Positions 61,093 to 62,861 of a stretch of 62,861 nt of DNA are shown piece by piece (position 1 is the stretch's first letter; every line of letters begins with the position of its first letter). Source of the DNA: a virus; IMG/VR virus record IMGVR_UViG_3300034069_000992, positions 1 to 62,861 of that record. The stretch is one strand, 5' to 3'. The translations under genes and the position numbers were made by a program. The notes under the pieces were generated by a model, which had not been told where the DNA came from, ran no database searches, and saw nothing but the letters and a program-made list of their open reading frames with translations.

Positions 61093-62861
61093 CGCTCAAG
61101 TTCCCCGTCGATGCCCTCGTTTAGTCGGGCAAGTCGCTCGAAGGGGTTTACAGGGTCGGCGGGGGCGCTGTCGATGCCTTGCCCGCGTGGCCTTGGATCT
61201 GCCCACTCCGGATATTCTCCATCATCCCATAACCCGGGGCGATCCGGCTTGAGCGTCTCGCGCGCGACCTCGCACATCACCCACGCGTCCCACGTCTCGT
61301 TATCCTTGTAGAGTTTCACCCACGCACCGTTGCGGAATCGCTCGGCCGTCAACTCGCGCAGGAAGCGCGGCGTCATCGGCTGGCCTTCGTAGGTCTGGTT
61401 TGGATAGTGCATCCGCCCCGGGCCGGGCTCATCGATGCGCATGCGCCGCGAGATGATCCGCTTCAGTTCGTGCACGTTCGGATAGCGCTCGTAGACTTTG
61501 GTGGTGCGCTGCTTACCGGCATCGTCGATTTCGACCGCGACCGGCTTGCCGTACAGCGGAGCCGTCTTCTTCGATGCGCCGTGAACCAGCGCGATGCGGT
61601 AGGCGTCGATGATCCGCTTCTTACCACCCGGCCGCCGCGATAGAAGGTTCGACAGCCATGAGCGCGCGTTCGCCGTCACGCCAGGCACACCCACCGCGTC
61701 GATCATCGTGCGCGCGATCGGCAGGAAGAGCGGCGCCTCCCCGCGCGCCAGGCGCAGATCGTTGTCAGCGAGCGGATAGGTTCGTGTCAGCACCGCCTCT
61801 TCGATGATGTCCCAATCGGATAGCTTTCCGCCCGGATCGATGTTGTCGAACGCGCCGTGCTCGCCGAAGCGCGGCCATTGTTTGATCGCGAAGGCATCGA
61901 TCAGCCACGATTGCTTGCCGAGATCCCAGCCGATTACGCGGACCTCGTAACGGTCGCCCTGCACGTCGACGAAGGCGGTGAGGAAACGGACGCCGGCGGG
62001 AACCGTCTTCAGGCGATAACGCGAGGTGAGGCGGCCCGAGACCACCTTCCAACTCTCGACAACCTCGTCTTCCTTTGCGCCCAGGTACGTCTCGCCCAGC
62101 TTCTTGACGATCACCTCTTTGAGTTTGACGTCGTTGCCGGTGGCCTCGAATTCCAGCATCGCCGCCGCCCAATCGCGCGCGGTCTCGCCCAGCTTCACGA
62201 ACGGCGCCATGAACGCGTGGATCACGAAGCCCATCGTGATCGATATGCGCGCCTCGCCTTCTACGGTCCCATCGGGCAGCAGGCGTTGATGCGGCTGGAG
62301 CCACATGCCGGTCTGCATAAGCGGCTTGCGCTCTTCGGCGTCGAACAGAGCATTGCAGCCGTCGTGCGGACAGCACAGGCGAACATCGCGCTGCACCGAC
62401 TCGAGGAACTCGGCCCGCTCCATGTCGCCGGCGCGCGACAGCAACTCCGAGACGTTCCACGTCATCCGCGCGCCGGTGTCTTCAGCCTCCTGCGCCGGAG
62501 ACATGGCGTTGCCGCAATGCGGGCATCGCACCCACCACAGATGCAGCAGCGAATCGCGCAGATGCAGATCGATCCCACCGTCCGGTCCCGCGTCGGCGTG
62601 GCTGGCGAGAAACGCCTTCGCCGCCGAACCGAACTCTTCCTGGCGGGAGGTGATGAGCGTGGGGGCGGCGTCGCGCGTCTTCGGTGTCCACGCATCGATC
62701 TCGTCGCCGACGATCAGCGGCGCGGCCTTCATGCGAAGCGCTCGAGCGGTAGCTGGGCGGTAGAACAGTTTGGAGCGCCCGATGTTCTTGCGCTTACGGC
62801 CGGTGGTCCGGTCGCCCCAATTGACCTTCTCGTTGATCTCCGGATGTATCCGAAGCATCTC
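61089..62861 (-). CDS. terL: Terminase large subunit (lambda GpA-like), C-terminal 590 codons; full protein about 724 aa after joining 1..543
   Basis: 589-aa ORF; GpA-like length and position (TerS-TerL-gpW-portal synteny); frame continues upstream through the repeat into 1..543. Confidence 0.85.
   Translation of the reverse strand, partial: EMLRIHPEINEKVNWGDRTTGRKRKNIGRSKLFYRPATARALRMKAAPLIVGDEIDAWTPKTRDAAPTLITSRQEEFGSAAKAFLASHADAGPDGGIDLHLRDSLLHLWWVRCPHCGNAMSPAQEAEDTGARMTWNVSELLSRAGDMERAEFLESVQRDVRLCCPHDGCNALFDAEERKPLMQTGMWLQPHQRLLPDGTVEGEARISITMGFVIHAFMAPFVKLGETARDWAAAMLEFEATGNDVKLKEVIVKKLGETYLGAKEDEVVESWKVVSGRLTSRYRLKTVPAGVRFLTAFVDVQGDRYEVRVIGWDLGKQSWLIDAFAIKQWPRFGEHGAFDNIDPGGKLSDWDIIEEAVLTRTYPLADNDLRLARGEAPLFLPIARTMIDAVGVPGVTANARSWLSNLLSRRPGGKKRIIDAYRIALVHGASKKTAPLYGKPVAVEIDDAGKQRTTKVYERYPNVHELKRIISRRMRIDEPGPGRMHYPNQTYEGQPMTPRFLRELTAERFRNGAWVKLYKDNETWDAWVMCEVARETLKPDRPGLWDDGEYPEWADPRPRGQGIDSAPADPVNPFERLARLNEGIDGELER
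62721..62861. repeat. Terminal direct repeat, right copy
   Basis: Identical to 1-141; lies inside the TerL reading frame on the minus strand. Confidence 0.95.

Noticed and set aside
1-62861. Search for CRISPR arrays, tRNA/tmRNA genes, an integrase/attP, transposases, and a DGR reverse transcriptase with template repeats
   Set aside because: By eye there are no regularly spaced short repeats, no cloverleaf-like T-arm (GTTCGAATC-type) motifs in the non-coding gaps, and no recombinase or RT motifs. tRNAscan or an HMM search would be needed to be definitive.

Overview
The window is a complete tailed-phage genome. Bases 1-141 are identical to 62721-62861, so the contig closes on itself; the unique length is about 62,720 bp and the large terminase gene runs across the junction. 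GC content is high. A GcrA-like gene and LamG-type fibre motifs suggest an alphaproteobacterial host (inference). No integrase, CI-type repressor, tRNA, rRNA, CRISPR array or transposase was recognised.

Layout:
- Minus-strand replication operon (6599 -> 1143): Cro-like regulator, RuvC-like resolvase, GcrA N-domain protein, MT-A70 adenine methylase, DnaB, and a wHTH initiator carrying internal iterons.
- It is followed on the same strand by a lambda-type packaging/head module: Nu1-like TerS, GpA-like TerL, gpW, portal, S49 protease, scaffold, gpD-like and gpE-like capsid proteins. Head-tail, tail tube, G/GT chaperone, an 1802-aa tape measure, a 1596-aa repeat-rich fibre, holin-like proteins and a GH19 endolysin follow, ending at 31146.
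- Plus-strand early block (6849-19430): RecT, HU/IHF, HNH, DUF5131, ASCH, DnaG primase, ACP-like protein, VRR-NUC-like protein, SNF2 helicase.
- Isolated minus-strand fibre genes (19427-21864).
- Plus-strand block of about 30 small, translationally coupled ORFs (22186-31024), which includes an ATP-dependent ligase.

The most notable finding is three textbook type II hammerhead self-cleaving ribozymes. They fill the only three sizeable intergenic gaps of that small-ORF operon (22681-22736, 23817-23879, 24535-24596). Their stems covary fully and a conserved leader follows each.

Other points of interest:
- A canonical A_AAA_AAC -1 frameshift site in the tail chaperone.
- A 540-nt structured non-coding gap with three hairpin+GCGTAT repeats upstream of the tape measure gene.
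- A terminator-flanked cassette of secreted proteins, including a GH5 glycanase, inside the head-tail module.
- A candidate origin inside the initiator gene.
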